A DNA stretch of 64,000 nt from Oscillospiraceae bacterium (GCA_015063305.1 SVUJ01000003.1:883-64882); one strand, 5' to 3'. Positions 29,006 through 38,244 are shown, numbered from the stretch's first letter. Program-made: numbers and translations. Notes: generated from the letters alone by a model not told the origin.

Positions 29006-29533
29006 TCAGCGCACGTAATCAGCGGCGTATTGCGCGTACGCCCTCACAAGACTGTCCCATGTAGCTTTATCGACCTTTCCCATAGCGGGAAGATGGTTTT
29101 TCTTTTGAAAATCTATTATGTTCTTCTCGGTCGGTTCATCAAATATGCCGTTCATTGACAGAGGGATAAAGGAATCGTATATTATCTGCAGCTCGTTGAG
29201 CAGAAGCTGTATTATACCGACAAGGAAATATTCGTCTCCGCGCGAAACGGCGTACCCCTCGGGAACTCTCGGAAATACCGACAGAGCTCTCGGCGGTGAA
29301 TAGCGCGCGATAGAGGCGAGATATTCCGCATATAGCTTATCCCAGGTCGCTCTATCGCCAACCCCGCTTTGAGGAAGACCGTATTTTTTCTGAAAGGCGA
29401 GGAGAGAATTTTTGGTGACACTCTCAAATATACCGTCGACGGGCGGGGAGGGTATGTCGGCATCGGTGTAGGAAAGCTGTCTGAGGTATCGCTGGAGATT
29501 GGTTATTGCATCTTTGCTTGAAATATAAGGCAT
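29006..29533 (-). CDS. protein with two peptidoglycan-binding (PG_binding_1-like) repeats and no signal peptide
   Basis: Two repeats of the LQxxL...DGIFxxxTxxAxxxFQKKxxLPxxGxxDxATWDxL pattern. ATG at 29533 follows an AAAGGAG RBS. Confidence 0.75.
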   Translation of the reverse strand: MPYISSKDAITNLQRYLRQLSYTDADIPSPPVDGIFESVTKNSLLAFQKKYGLPQSGVGDRATWDKLYAEYLASIARYSPPRALSVFPRVPEGYAVSRGDEYFLVGIIQLLLNELQIIYDSFIPLSMNGIFDEPTEKNIIDFQKKNHLPAMGKVDKATWDSLVRAYAQYAADYVR

Positions 29534-29544
29534 AGCTGCTCCTT

Positions 29545-30954
29545 TCACGCCCCAACGTCAGAGCCGGGGAACTGTCCCTCTCTAAGACGGGAGCCGTTAT
29601 ATAGGTCGCTGTATAGTGTGGTCACGGCAAGCCAGGTGATGGCTGCAACCGTGCCCGTGGGCTGAAGCCCGAATCGGCGTTGGAACGCAAGGACAGCATC
29701 ACGAGTTTGTGTACCGAAATATCCCGTTACTGGTAGGGTGGGGAGCTCTGTGAAAACGGTAGCTATAAAATTAAGATACTCCTGAAGAAGCGTAACCGCT
29801 TCGGAGGACGAGCCAAGCCGCAGGGGAATGCCCGGATATGGGACAACATTTCCTTCCACAAAACGCAAGGGGATAGTAGATACAAAGCCGAGATAGGTGC
29901 GGTATATTGCCTCCCACGTGTCAAGGTCAAGCACACCCGTAACGGGTAGGTCAAACGTGCGCTGTACCGCGCTTACGGCGTTTTCTGTGGCAGGTCCGTA
30001 TATTCCGTCTATAGCGAGTGGCGGGATAGTGTCGTAAAAGGCAGAGAGGTAATCTATAAGATACTGAAGATTTGCCACCTCAATGCTTTGAGCACCCGGG
30101 CGCAGGGAATCGTCATATTGATCTGTGACCTCGGATAGGGATATTCCCTCGGAATCAAGCTCGTTAAGCCTTTTCACGGCATTGTATATGAACTGTGTTC
30201 TGTACCAGGTGGATTTTCCTACTATACCGTCGGGTGTGAGCGAGAATATCTCCTGAAATTTTTTCACGGCTTCTTCGGTGTCAAAGGAAAAGATACCGTC
30301 TGGTATCGCTATCTTTGGGATAGAGGGGTAATTGTCGGAAATACGGTTAAGACGGATCTGCAAAGCTCTCACCGCATCTCCCGCGCTTCCAAGCCGTAAG
30401 GGGCGCTCGGGGGCGCTTATCGTGATATTCTGTATCGGCGCATCTCTCACTATATCTATATCGTCGCCGTAATAATAGGTAAGTATCTCATAGGGGGTGT
30501 AGCCTTGGTTTGCGAGATCGACCGTACCCCATTGTGAAAGACCGTTGCACGTTACCTCAACTCCGTCGCAATACTGAGCGAACAGAGGCTCAACGTTTCC
30601 TTGTCGTGATATATAATCGTTGAATATCTCGCCTACTATCTGATAGATATTTTCAAAGATATCGCGCCCATTTACAAAGGATTGGTCTATGCCTGTGGAA
30701 TTGGTGATATCAAAATCATATCCGCGTGAGCGGTAGTATTCGGTATATATGCGGTTAAGGGCAAAAGAGGTTTGCGCGTAAATATTTGCGCGGATCGCAT
30801 TTTCGGGCCAGGTTGGATATATCTCGCTTGACGCCACGTTAGCTATGTAGTCGATAAAAGGAATAGTAACGTTTTCGGCGTTTGAGGCGGGAGGGCCTAA
30901 GTGAACGGTTATCGTTTCGGGTATAAATGGAATATTTGCGTCCAAATCATTCAC
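29545..30954 (-). CDS. SpoIID/LytB-like domain protein fused to three peptidoglycan-binding repeats, with no signal peptide
   Basis: The N-terminal ~170 aa resemble SpoIID (YIANVASSEIYPTWPENAIRANIYAQTSFALNRI ... GLSQWGTVDLANQGYTPYEILTYYYG). Three PG_binding_1-like repeats follow (LQIRLNRI...DGIF...FQ...L.PDGIVG..TW). Confidence 0.7.
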   Translation of the reverse strand: MNDLDANIPFIPETITVHLGPPASNAENVTIPFIDYIANVASSEIYPTWPENAIRANIYAQTSFALNRIYTEYYRSRGYDFDITNSTGIDQSFVNGRDIFENIYQIVGEIFNDYISRQGNVEPLFAQYCDGVEVTCNGLSQWGTVDLANQGYTPYEILTYYYGDDIDIVRDAPIQNITISAPERPLRLGSAGDAVRALQIRLNRISDNYPSIPKIAIPDGIFSFDTEEAVKKFQEIFSLTPDGIVGKSTWYRTQFIYNAVKRLNELDSEGISLSEVTDQYDDSLRPGAQSIEVANLQYLIDYLSAFYDTIPPLAIDGIYGPATENAVSAVQRTFDLPVTGVLDLDTWEAIYRTYLGFVSTIPLRFVEGNVVPYPGIPLRLGSSSEAVTLLQEYLNFIATVFTELPTLPVTGYFGTQTRDAVLAFQRRFGLQPTGTVAAITWLAVTTLYSDLYNGSRLREGQFPGSDVGA

Positions 30955-31399
30955 CTCCCATAGGGCGATAATTGCTGTCGTCGGGATTCATATCCTGTTT
31001 GGGCGTGAAAGAATCTGTGTACTCGTTGTCGGGCAGAGGGATCATCACAGCGGGCTGTAGAGAGGTGATAGAGTCAAACACCGCAACGTTGGTAAATGAG
31101 AGATCCTGATATCCGTCATTGAATACGTCTATATTATAGAGCGCATAGGGAATGATGTTGCCGGGGGATTCAGAGAGGTAGCGCAGGGGAGTGGGAAGAG
31201 CAATTTTGGGGGTAAGTCCGTCCGCGTTTGACACAAGTGAATATATAATGTCAGAATTCTCGGGTGTAGCTCCGCGTATATTTACCGAAGCGCCCTCAAG
31301 AGGAATAGCACCTCTGGCGGTAGACACCTTTATTATCAGATACCCCGTGCCTCCGTTTGTTTGCGGTGCTTGAGAAGGGTTGTTCATAGGAAGATCCAT
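30947..31399 (-). CDS. small protein with a carboxypeptidase-regulatory-like (beta-sandwich) domain, no signal peptide
   Basis: GYLIIKVSTARGAIPLEGASVNIRG...YSLVSNADGLT resembles CarboxypepD_reg-type folds. It overlaps the next gene by 8 nt. The start is ambiguous between 31399 and 31387. Confidence 0.55.
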   Translation of the reverse strand: MDLPMNNPSQAPQTNGGTGYLIIKVSTARGAIPLEGASVNIRGATPENSDIIYSLVSNADGLTPKIALPTPLRYLSESPGNIIPYALYNIDVFNDGYQDLSFTNVAVFDSITSLQPAVMIPLPDNEYTDSFTPKQDMNPDDSNYRPMGGE

Positions 31400-31457
31400 C
31401 CTTTCTTTGATATTATCGCTCTAAAAGTATATGAATTTTCCCGATTTTGTGTGAAGG

Positions 31458-31748
31458 TCATTTGGGGGTATTCTTTTTTGTCCCTTCTTTTTCTTCAAGT
31501 AGGTCGATCCCAAACCCGCCGAGTATTATAAGAGTTGCGCTCATTATTATGTGTTCGAGGGTGCTGCGGTATATTTTAGAGAGTATATCACCGGGTATGT
31601 CGGGGGAGGAAATGAGGAGAAAAAGGAAAGAAAAAAGATAAAAAAGAATCAGCGGCAGACCTAACATAAGCACCCAAAGACCGTATTTTGAAAAGTTATC
31701 AAAGCGCTCTTTTAGCGTGTATTTATATGTTTTTTTGCGATTATTCAT
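31458..31748 (-). CDS. small 2-TM membrane protein (96 aa), holin-like in size and topology
   Basis: ATG at 31748 follows a GGAG RBS. It has a basic N-terminus, two hydrophobic helices (LWVLMLGLPLILFYLFSFLFLLI and IIMSATLIILGGFGIDLL), and a charged C-terminus EEKEGTKKNTPK. Confidence 0.55.
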   Translation of the reverse strand: MNNRKKTYKYTLKERFDNFSKYGLWVLMLGLPLILFYLFSFLFLLISSPDIPGDILSKIYRSTLEHIIMSATLIILGGFGIDLLEEKEGTKKNTPK

Positions 31749-32160
31749 TTTTAACTCCAAAATTATGTATAAAAATTGATTTTTCAAAAAAATTTATAAA
31801 AATAAAACAGCGTAAAATAAGAGTAGAAAATTTTACCCGGAAGCCTTGTTTACATATTAATTATACTAAAAAGCCTTGATTTTGTATATGAACAATATTT
31901 GTAAGGAGTGTAGGATAATAACAAAAAACGAGGAAAAGTTATCAAGAACGTAAGAAAAAGAGAATAAATATCCAAAAAATGAATGAATTGCGAATATTTT
32001 TCTTGGAATTAAGATAGAAAATATACTTTACAGCCAAAAAATATCCTAAAATGGAATAAATACGCAAATTATGAAGGATTTTCTTAATAATCCGATTCCC
32101 CCGAGAGGGAGTATAATTAAATCCCGAGCAAAATACTTTGCCGTTTGAAAGGATATAAAT

Positions 32161-32445
32161 ATGATTAAAGAAACTTGTCTTGGCGCTGACATCAAAGCTA
32201 TAGAAAGGAGAAAAGTCCAAAACGAGGATTTTGAAGCAGAGTACACCTTCTATCAGATATCAAGTGACTCCGGGAAGAAATATTTTGCGATAGAGATAGT
32301 CCTTAGCAACGAAGCATCCCTCATCGTTCTTGGTAGTGATGAGAAAGAAGCACAATCCTTTTATCTGGAGCTCGTAAAAGGGGAGGTAACTCCCTGTGAA
32401 CTTACCGAAATTCTTGCGGACAGAATAAATTCTATCGAATATTAA
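32161..32445 (+). CDS. hypothetical 94-aa protein
   Basis: ORF with an AAAGGA RBS, no TM segment and no motif I recognise. It sits immediately upstream of the nrdR promoter. Confidence 0.5.
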   Translation: MIKETCLGADIKAIERRKVQNEDFEAEYTFYQISSDSGKKYFAIEIVLSNEASLIVLGSDEKEAQSFYLELVKGEVTPCELTEILADRINSIEY

Positions 32446-32453
32446 GAAAAAAC

Positions 32454-32482
32454 TTTACATCGGCGACAATTTGTGGTATAAT
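32454..32482 (+). promoter_or_regulatory. sigma-70-type promoter of nrdR
   Basis: TTTACA, 17 nt, TATAAT, with an extended-10 TG. Confidence 0.55.
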
Positions 32483-32553
32483 GTAGGAAATATCTTATTG
32501 ATATGATTATCATTTTGATGAAAGGCTCGCCTCTTGGCGTGTGTTGATTTATT

Positions 32554-33000
32554 ATGAAATGTCCCGCATGCGGAAGTCCCGAAAGTAAAGTAATAGACTC
32601 CAGACCTATGACAGAAGGAAACAGTATCAGACGACGTAGAGAATGCCTTGGCTGTCAGAAAAGATTTACCACATACGAGATAATAGAAACAGTTCAGATG
32701 TTCGTTATCAAAAAGAGCGGAAACAAAGAAATATTTGATAGAAATAAGCTCCTCTCGGGTATGCTCAAGGCCTGCGAAAAGCGCCCTGTGAACGCCGAGG
32801 AGATAGTAAATGAGATAGAAACAGAGCTTCAGAACTCTTTGTCTAACGAGGTCACCACGAAAGAGATCGGTGAAATGGTAATGGCAAAGCTTAAGGAACG
32901 GGATGAGGTCGCTTACGTGCGCTTTGCCTCGGTATACAGAGAGTTTAAGGATATCGATACCTTCATAAAAGAGCTTAGTAGCTTGAAAAGAAGAAAATAA
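32554..33000 (+). CDS. nrdR: transcriptional repressor NrdR
   Basis: Zinc ribbon [18 protein letters not shown]...[17 protein letters not shown] followed by an ATP-cone. Confidence 0.93.
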   Translation: MKCPACGSPESKVIDSRPMTEGNSIRRRRECLGCQKRFTTYEIIETVQMFVIKKSGNKEIFDRNKLLSGMLKACEKRPVNAEEIVNEIETELQNSLSNEVTTKEIGEMVMAKLKERDEVAYVRFASVYREFKDIDTFIKELSSLKRRK

Positions 33001-33016
33001 GAGTGTAGGAAGTATA

Positions 33017-33043
33017 AAGGGCTGAATAATTCAGCCCTTTTCT
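33017..33043 (+). terminator. terminator after nrdR
   Basis: AAGGGCTGAAT pairs with ATTCAGCCCTT, followed by TTTCTT. Confidence 0.75.
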
Positions 33044-33120
33044 TGTTGGATAAAAATAAAATCACAGCATAAGGGTATAATAGGTATATTATTAAAGTTT
33101 ATAAAATAATTAAAAAACTC

Positions 33121-33149
33121 TTGAAAAATGATACAAATTATGGTATATT
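33121..33149 (+). promoter_or_regulatory. sigma-70-type promoter of the decarboxylase cluster
   Basis: TTGAAA, 17 nt, TATATT, with an extended-10 TG. Confidence 0.45.
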
Positions 33150-33230
33150 GGGATATAATTGGGGTAGAAGTTTTATTTTTTGATTTTGAGGTAAAAATAG
33201 GACTTTTTATACCGGATCGGAGGTAAACTT

Positions 33231-34610
33231 ATGATACAGAATGATAAGAAAACATACGGTGTATCAAAGGAAAGGATAGAGCAGCTTTTTGATAGCGCCA
33301 CCTTTGTGGAGCTCGGCGCTTATACAAGACGCTCGGAGGTTTCACATGATATCGAGAGCGTGGTATGCGGATACGGAGCGGTAAACGGACGGCTCGTGTT
33401 TGCTTTCGCTCAGGATAGCGGAATAAACAAGGGAGCTTTCGGAGAGCGCCACGCGAAAAAGATAGCCGATATGTATGCCTTGGCTATAAAGAACGGAGCG
33501 CCTGTTGTGGGCGTGTTTGACAGCGCGGGAGCAGTCGTTTATGACGGCGCTTCTGCAATGGCGGCTTACGGAAGAGTAATGAAGTGTGTGTCCGATGCGT
33601 CGGGAATAATCCCGCAGATAGCGCTTATCGGCGGAGCTTGTACGGGCTCTGCGGCTGTCCTCGCTTCTATGTTGGATATCACGGTTACGGTGAAGGATAG
33701 CTCTAAGCTTTACGTAAATTCTCCTTTTGTTACAGGGGATAACGAGAGCGCCGCTCTTGCTTCGGCTTCGGGACTTTCGGCGGCTGAGGCAGATAGCGAG
33801 GTGGAGGCGTTTGAGCTTGTTAAAAATCTTATAAACACACTTCCTCACAATAATGCAGAGGGCGCCGTTGCGTTTGACGTTAATGATGACATCAATAGAA
33901 TTGTTTCCTTTGATGTAAATAATTATAATATATCCGAGCTTTTGGCAGATATAGCCGACGCGCAAAGCTTCGTAAGACTTTATGAAAAGTATTCGTCAAA
34001 CATATGCGTAGGCTTTGCCCGTTTTGGCGGAGTTGTGGCAGGTGTGGTAGCTTCTGATCCGTCAAACGGCGGAATACTCGATATTGCTTCGGCAAGAGTA
34101 GCGGCGAGAATGGTATCCTTCTGCGACAGCTTTGGCATACCTGTCGTAACCCTTGTTGACAGCAAAGGACTTGATACGTCTGCGAGAGCTGAGGGCGCGG
34201 CGTATGCCTGTGAGCTTTCGAGATTGGCTATGGCATATACCTCGTCTGATAACGCAAAGGTAAGTGTTGTGATCGGCGCGGCATATGGCGCGGCGTATAC
34301 TCTCCTTGGCTCTAAGTCGCTTGGAGCGGATATTGCGTATGCGCTTGAGGATGCTTGTATCAGCGTACTCTCGCCCGAGGCGTCGGTTGCATTCCTTTGG
34401 AATGACAAGGTTGGAGAGAGAAGCAGAGAGGACGTTGAGGCGGAATGGAAAGAGAAATACGCCTCGGCGGCAGACGCGGCGGCGTGCGGTGAGATAGACG
34501 ACGTTATCGAAGCTTCCGAGCTTCGCAAGAGGATATGCGCGGCTCTCTCAATGCTCGCATACAAAGCGGACGGCGCTCCTTCGCGTAAGCACCCCGTTAT
34601 GCCGCTTTGA
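33231..34610 (+). CDS. acyl-CoA carboxyltransferase (MmdA / 12S-like), divergent and short (459 aa)
   Basis: Carboxyl_trans pattern: FVELGAY...GYGAVNGRLVFAFAQD...GAFGERHAKKI...GAPVVGVFDSAGA...IPQIALIGGACTGSAA. A second half-domain follows (GVVASDPS...GGILDIASARVAARMVSFCDSFGIPVVTLVDSKG). Confidence 0.75.
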   Translation: MIQNDKKTYGVSKERIEQLFDSATFVELGAYTRRSEVSHDIESVVCGYGAVNGRLVFAFAQDSGINKGAFGERHAKKIADMYALAIKNGAPVVGVFDSAGAVVYDGASAMAAYGRVMKCVSDASGIIPQIALIGGACTGSAAVLASMLDITVTVKDSSKLYVNSPFVTGDNESAALASASGLSAAEADSEVEAFELVKNLINTLPHNNAEGAVAFDVNDDINRIVSFDVNNYNISELLADIADAQSFVRLYEKYSSNICVGFARFGGVVAGVVASDPSNGGILDIASARVAARMVSFCDSFGIPVVTLVDSKGLDTSARAEGAAYACELSRLAMAYTSSDNAKVSVVIGAAYGAAYTLLGSKSLGADIAYALEDACISVLSPEASVAFLWNDKVGERSREDVEAEWKEKYASAADAAACGEIDDVIEASELRKRICAALSMLAYKADGAPSRKHPVMPL

Positions 34611-34622
34611 TGGAGGTCTTTT

Positions 34623-35024
34623 ATGAATGTTTTGAATAATATCTCGTTGTCGGTTCGTTCGGACGGAACTTATACGCCGTTCTCGGCAGATGCGTGGGGA
34701 TATGCGGGACAGATGGCCTTGCTTGGAATGGTTATGGTCTTTGCTGTTTTGGCAATACTGTGGTTGGTCCTCACACTCTTCAAGGTGATATTTGCCGAGA
34801 GAGCGCCTAAGGCTGAGAATAAAATCGAGCCCGTTTCTGAGGTTAAAGACATACCCGCTGTAGAACCCGATACCCGTGACGAGACCGAGCTTGTAGCGGT
34901 CATCACGGCGGCTGTGGCGGCATATATGTCCGAGGAAAAGGGAGAAGCTGTGGATACGAACGGATTTAGAGTAGTCTCCTTCAGAAGAACTAACGCCGCG
35001 GGGCGTAGCTGGAACGAAAAATAA
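34623..35024 (+). CDS. OadG-like gamma subunit of a Na+-translocating decarboxylase
   Basis: Single TM helix MALLGMVMVFAVLAILWLVLTLF, followed by a charged linker and AVITAAVAAY, as in the OadG/MmdD family. Confidence 0.65.
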   Translation: MNVLNNISLSVRSDGTYTPFSADAWGYAGQMALLGMVMVFAVLAILWLVLTLFKVIFAERAPKAENKIEPVSEVKDIPAVEPDTRDETELVAVITAAVAAYMSEEKGEAVDTNGFRVVSFRRTNAAGRSWNEK

Positions 35025-35059
35025 CTATTTGAGATAAATGAAAGGTTAAGGTGTTTGAT

Positions 35060-35431
35060 ATGAAAACTTATAATATTACCGTTAACGGCGTTACCTATAC
35101 TGTAGAGGTAGAGGAGGTAGCCTCGGCGGCTGCCGCTACAACCGCACCTCAGAGCGTTGCGGCGCAGAAGCCCGCAGCTCCCGCTGCTCCCAAGGCAGCG
35201 CCGAAAGCTTCAGCAGGCGCTGTCAGCGTTAAAGCTCCTATGCCCGGAAACATCATAAAGGTCAACGTAAAGGCGGGAGACAGCGTCAAGAGAGGCGACG
35301 TGCTTGTCGTGCTTGAGGCTATGAAGATGGAAAACGACGTTTGCGCACCCGAGGACGGTGTTGTGGCAAGCGTTGAGGTAGCGCAGGGCGCAACTGTTGA
35401 AACAGACGCGGTTTTGGTATCTCTGAACTGA
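35060..35431 (+). CDS. biotin carboxyl carrier protein (1.3S / MmdC / GcdC-like)
   Basis: Ala/Pro-rich linker, then the biotinyl domain with VLEAMKMEN. ATG at 35060 follows an AAGGTG RBS; the track starts at a GTG at 35051. Confidence 0.88.
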   Translation: MKTYNITVNGVTYTVEVEEVASAAAATTAPQSVAAQKPAAPAAPKAAPKASAGAVSVKAPMPGNIIKVNVKAGDSVKRGDVLVVLEAMKMENDVCAPEDGVVASVEVAQGATVETDAVLVSLN

Positions 35432-35479
35432 TTTTCTTTTCCCATAGAGATTATTTTATTGAAAGGAAAACGGTAGGAA

Positions 35480-36826
35480 ATGCTTCTTGATAGTTTTAAA
35501 AATTTCTTAGGTACAACGGGCATTGCCAGACTGTTTGGGGACGAGAATTGGTGGCAGACGCTTATAATGATCTTTATATCATTCGTTCTCGTTTATCTTG
35601 CGATAGTGAAGAAGTTTGAGCCGTTGCTTTTGCTTCCTATCGCAATAGGCATGCTCTTGACCAATCTTCCCGGAGTGGGAATGTTCCATCTTGATATGTT
35701 TATTCCTGCTGAGGAGGCGGTCACAGCCCTTGAACAGGTGTTTGCGGAGAAAAATCTAACGGCAGAGGCTATAAGGATACTGACAGAAAACGGTATTGCC
35801 GAGAGTACACTGTATGCCTTCAGAGACGGAGGATTTACGACAGAGGCATACGAGGGAATCATGCATACTCTTACCTCAGTAGACTATTCAAGAGTTCTTC
35901 ATGAGGGAGGATTTCTCGATCTTTTGTATATCGGTGTAAAGCTTGGTATATATCCTTCGATCATATTTATAGGAATAGGAGCTATGACCGACTTTTCGCC
36001 GCTTATATCCAATCCGAAAAGTTTGCTTATCGGAGCAGGAGCTCAGCTTGGGGTGTTTGTGGCTTTTTCGGGAGCGTTGCTCTCGGGCGTATTTACTCCC
36101 CAAGAGGCAGCGTCTATAGGTATTATAGGTGGAGCTGACGGCCCTACAGCTATACTCATTACAAAGACACTTGCCCCCGCATTGCTCGGAGCTATAGCAA
36201 TAGCGGCATACAGCTATATGGCGTTGATACCGCTGATACAGCCCCCGTTTATGAAGCTGTTTACAACAAAAAAGGAAAGACGTATAAAGATGGTCGCTCT
36301 TCGTCAGGTATCAAAGACAGAGAAGATAATCTTCCCGATAGTGGTAACGGCTGTGGTGGGATTTATAGTTCCTGCTGCTACACCGCTTGTCGGTTGTCTT
36401 ATGCTTGGTAATCTGCTCAACGTGTGCGGAGTTGCCGACAGACTTTCAAAGACAGCTCAGAACGAATTAATGAATATAGTTACTATACTTCTCGGAATTT
36501 CCGTTGGAGCTACAGCAAGTGCGGCTAATTTCCTCAGAACAGAAACTTTGCTTATAATCGCACTCGGACTTGTGGCATTCTGCATATCCACTTGCGGAGG
36601 ACTTATTACCGCAAAGATAATGAATTGGGTTACCGGCGGAAAGATAAATCCGCTTATCGGCTCTGCGGGCGTTTCGGCAGTTCCGATGGCGGCAAGAGTT
36701 TCACAGAAGGTGGGACAGAGCGAGGACCCCTCAAACTTCCTTCTTATGCACGCAATGGGTCCGAACGTGGCAGGCGTTATCGGTTCTGCGGTAGCGGCGG
36801 GAGTATTCCTGTCGTGGTTCGCCTGA
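35480..36826 (+). CDS. Na+-translocating decarboxylase beta subunit (OadB/MmdB/GcdB family)
   Basis: 448-aa polytopic membrane protein with family signatures (GAMTDFSPLI, GGADGPTAI, SAGVSAVPMAARV). Confidence 0.85.
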   Translation: MLLDSFKNFLGTTGIARLFGDENWWQTLIMIFISFVLVYLAIVKKFEPLLLLPIAIGMLLTNLPGVGMFHLDMFIPAEEAVTALEQVFAEKNLTAEAIRILTENGIAESTLYAFRDGGFTTEAYEGIMHTLTSVDYSRVLHEGGFLDLLYIGVKLGIYPSIIFIGIGAMTDFSPLISNPKSLLIGAGAQLGVFVAFSGALLSGVFTPQEAASIGIIGGADGPTAILITKTLAPALLGAIAIAAYSYMALIPLIQPPFMKLFTTKKERRIKMVALRQVSKTEKIIFPIVVTAVVGFIVPAATPLVGCLMLGNLLNVCGVADRLSKTAQNELMNIVTILLGISVGATASAANFLRTETLLIIALGLVAFCISTCGGLITAKIMNWVTGGKINPLIGSAGVSAVPMAARVSQKVGQSEDPSNFLLMHAMGPNVAGVIGSAVAAGVFLSWFA

Positions 36827-36843
36827 TTTAGGAGGTCTTTATA

Positions 36844-38232
36844 ATGGTTAAAATAACAGAAACGGTGCTCAGGGATTCTCATCAATCTTTGATCGCCACA
36901 AGAATGACTACCGAAGAGATGCTTCCCATTCTGGGAGAGCTTGATAAGGTAGGATACCACTCGCTTGAGGCGTGGGGCGGTGCGACCTTTGATTCCTGTC
37001 TGCGCTTTCTGAACGAAGACCCTTGGGAAAGACTTCGCAGAATAAGAGCGGCGGTAAAGAGCACCAAGCTCCAGATGCTTTTCAGAGGTCAGAATATACT
37101 TGGATACCGTCACTATTCCGACGACGTTGTTGAATATTTCGTTCGCAAGTCGATAGAGAACGGAATTGATATACTCAGAATATTTGACGCGCTCAACGAC
37201 GCGCGTAATCTTGAAACGGCTATAAACGCCACCAAAAAAGAAAAGGGACACGTTCAGGCGGCTATCAGCTATACTACAGGACCTGTGTACACTACTGAGT
37301 ATTTCACAAATTACGCAAAGACCCTTGAGGGTATGGGAGCAGATTCTATCTGTATCAAGGATATGGCGGGACTTCTCAAGCCCTATGATGCTTATGAGCT
37401 GGTAAAGGCGCTCAAGGAAACGGTGAACGTGCCGATACAGCTCCATACCCACTATACCTCGGGACTTGCGTCAATGACGCTTATCAAGGCTATCGAGGCG
37501 GGTGTGGATATAGTTGATACCGCAATATCTCCCTTGGCAATGGGAACGTCACAGCCCCCCACGGAGGCTATAGTGGCAACTCTTGCGGGAACTGAGTATG
37601 ACACGGGAATAGACCTCTCGGCGCTGGATAAGATAACAAAGTATTTCGAGCCCCTCAGGGAGAAATATCTCGCTTCGGGACAGCTTGACCCGAAGATGCT
37701 CAAGGTAGACGTTAACGCGCTGATATATCAAGTTCCCGGCGGAATGTTATCAAATCTCGTTTCCCAGCTAAAGCAGGCAGGGAAGTCGGATAAGCTTTCC
37801 GAGGTGCTTGAGGAAGTTCCGAGGGTGAGAGCCGATGCGGGATATCCCCCTCTCGTTACACCTTCGTCACAGATAGTTGGAACACAGGCGGTCTTCAACG
37901 TTATCGGTGGCGAGAGATATAAGATGGTCACAAAGGAATTCAAGGGCCTTATACAGGGGCAGTACGGTAAGACCCCTGTGGAGATAGCCCCCGAATTTGC
38001 CAAGAAGATAATTGGCGATGCCGAGAGGATAAGTTACCGTCCCGCGGATAAGATACCGCCCGAGCTCGATGCGCTCAGAGCGAAGATACCGCAGTATATC
38101 GAGCAGGATGAGGACGTACTCTCTTACGCGCTCTTCGAGCAGGTGGCGCTTAAATTCTTTGAGTACAGAAAAGCCAAAAAGTATGGCATAGACCCGGACT
38201 CGGATGCCGCGCTTGGTATCCACAAGGTTTAA
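36844..38232 (+). CDS. oxaloacetate decarboxylase alpha / pyruvate carboxyltransferase (5S-like) subunit without a biotinyl domain
   Basis: HMGL-like TIM barrel (ITETVLRDSHQSL..., LEAWGGATFD, ICIKDMAGLL, LHTHYTSGLA). It is 462 aa and stops before any AMKM motif. Confidence 0.85.
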   Translation: MVKITETVLRDSHQSLIATRMTTEEMLPILGELDKVGYHSLEAWGGATFDSCLRFLNEDPWERLRRIRAAVKSTKLQMLFRGQNILGYRHYSDDVVEYFVRKSIENGIDILRIFDALNDARNLETAINATKKEKGHVQAAISYTTGPVYTTEYFTNYAKTLEGMGADSICIKDMAGLLKPYDAYELVKALKETVNVPIQLHTHYTSGLASMTLIKAIEAGVDIVDTAISPLAMGTSQPPTEAIVATLAGTEYDTGIDLSALDKITKYFEPLREKYLASGQLDPKMLKVDVNALIYQVPGGMLSNLVSQLKQAGKSDKLSEVLEEVPRVRADAGYPPLVTPSSQIVGTQAVFNVIGGERYKMVTKEFKGLIQGQYGKTPVEIAPEFAKKIIGDAERISYRPADKIPPELDALRAKIPQYIEQDEDVLSYALFEQVALKFFEYRKAKKYGIDPDSDAALGIHKV

Positions 38233-38244
38233 AAATAAAATGGT

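Noticed and set aside
31942-32220. 92-aa and 66-aa minus-strand ORFs in the AT-rich spacer.
   Set aside because: They have no RBS, a hydrophobic low-complexity translation typical of AT-rich non-coding DNA, and they overlap the start of the better-supported 94-aa plus-strand gene.
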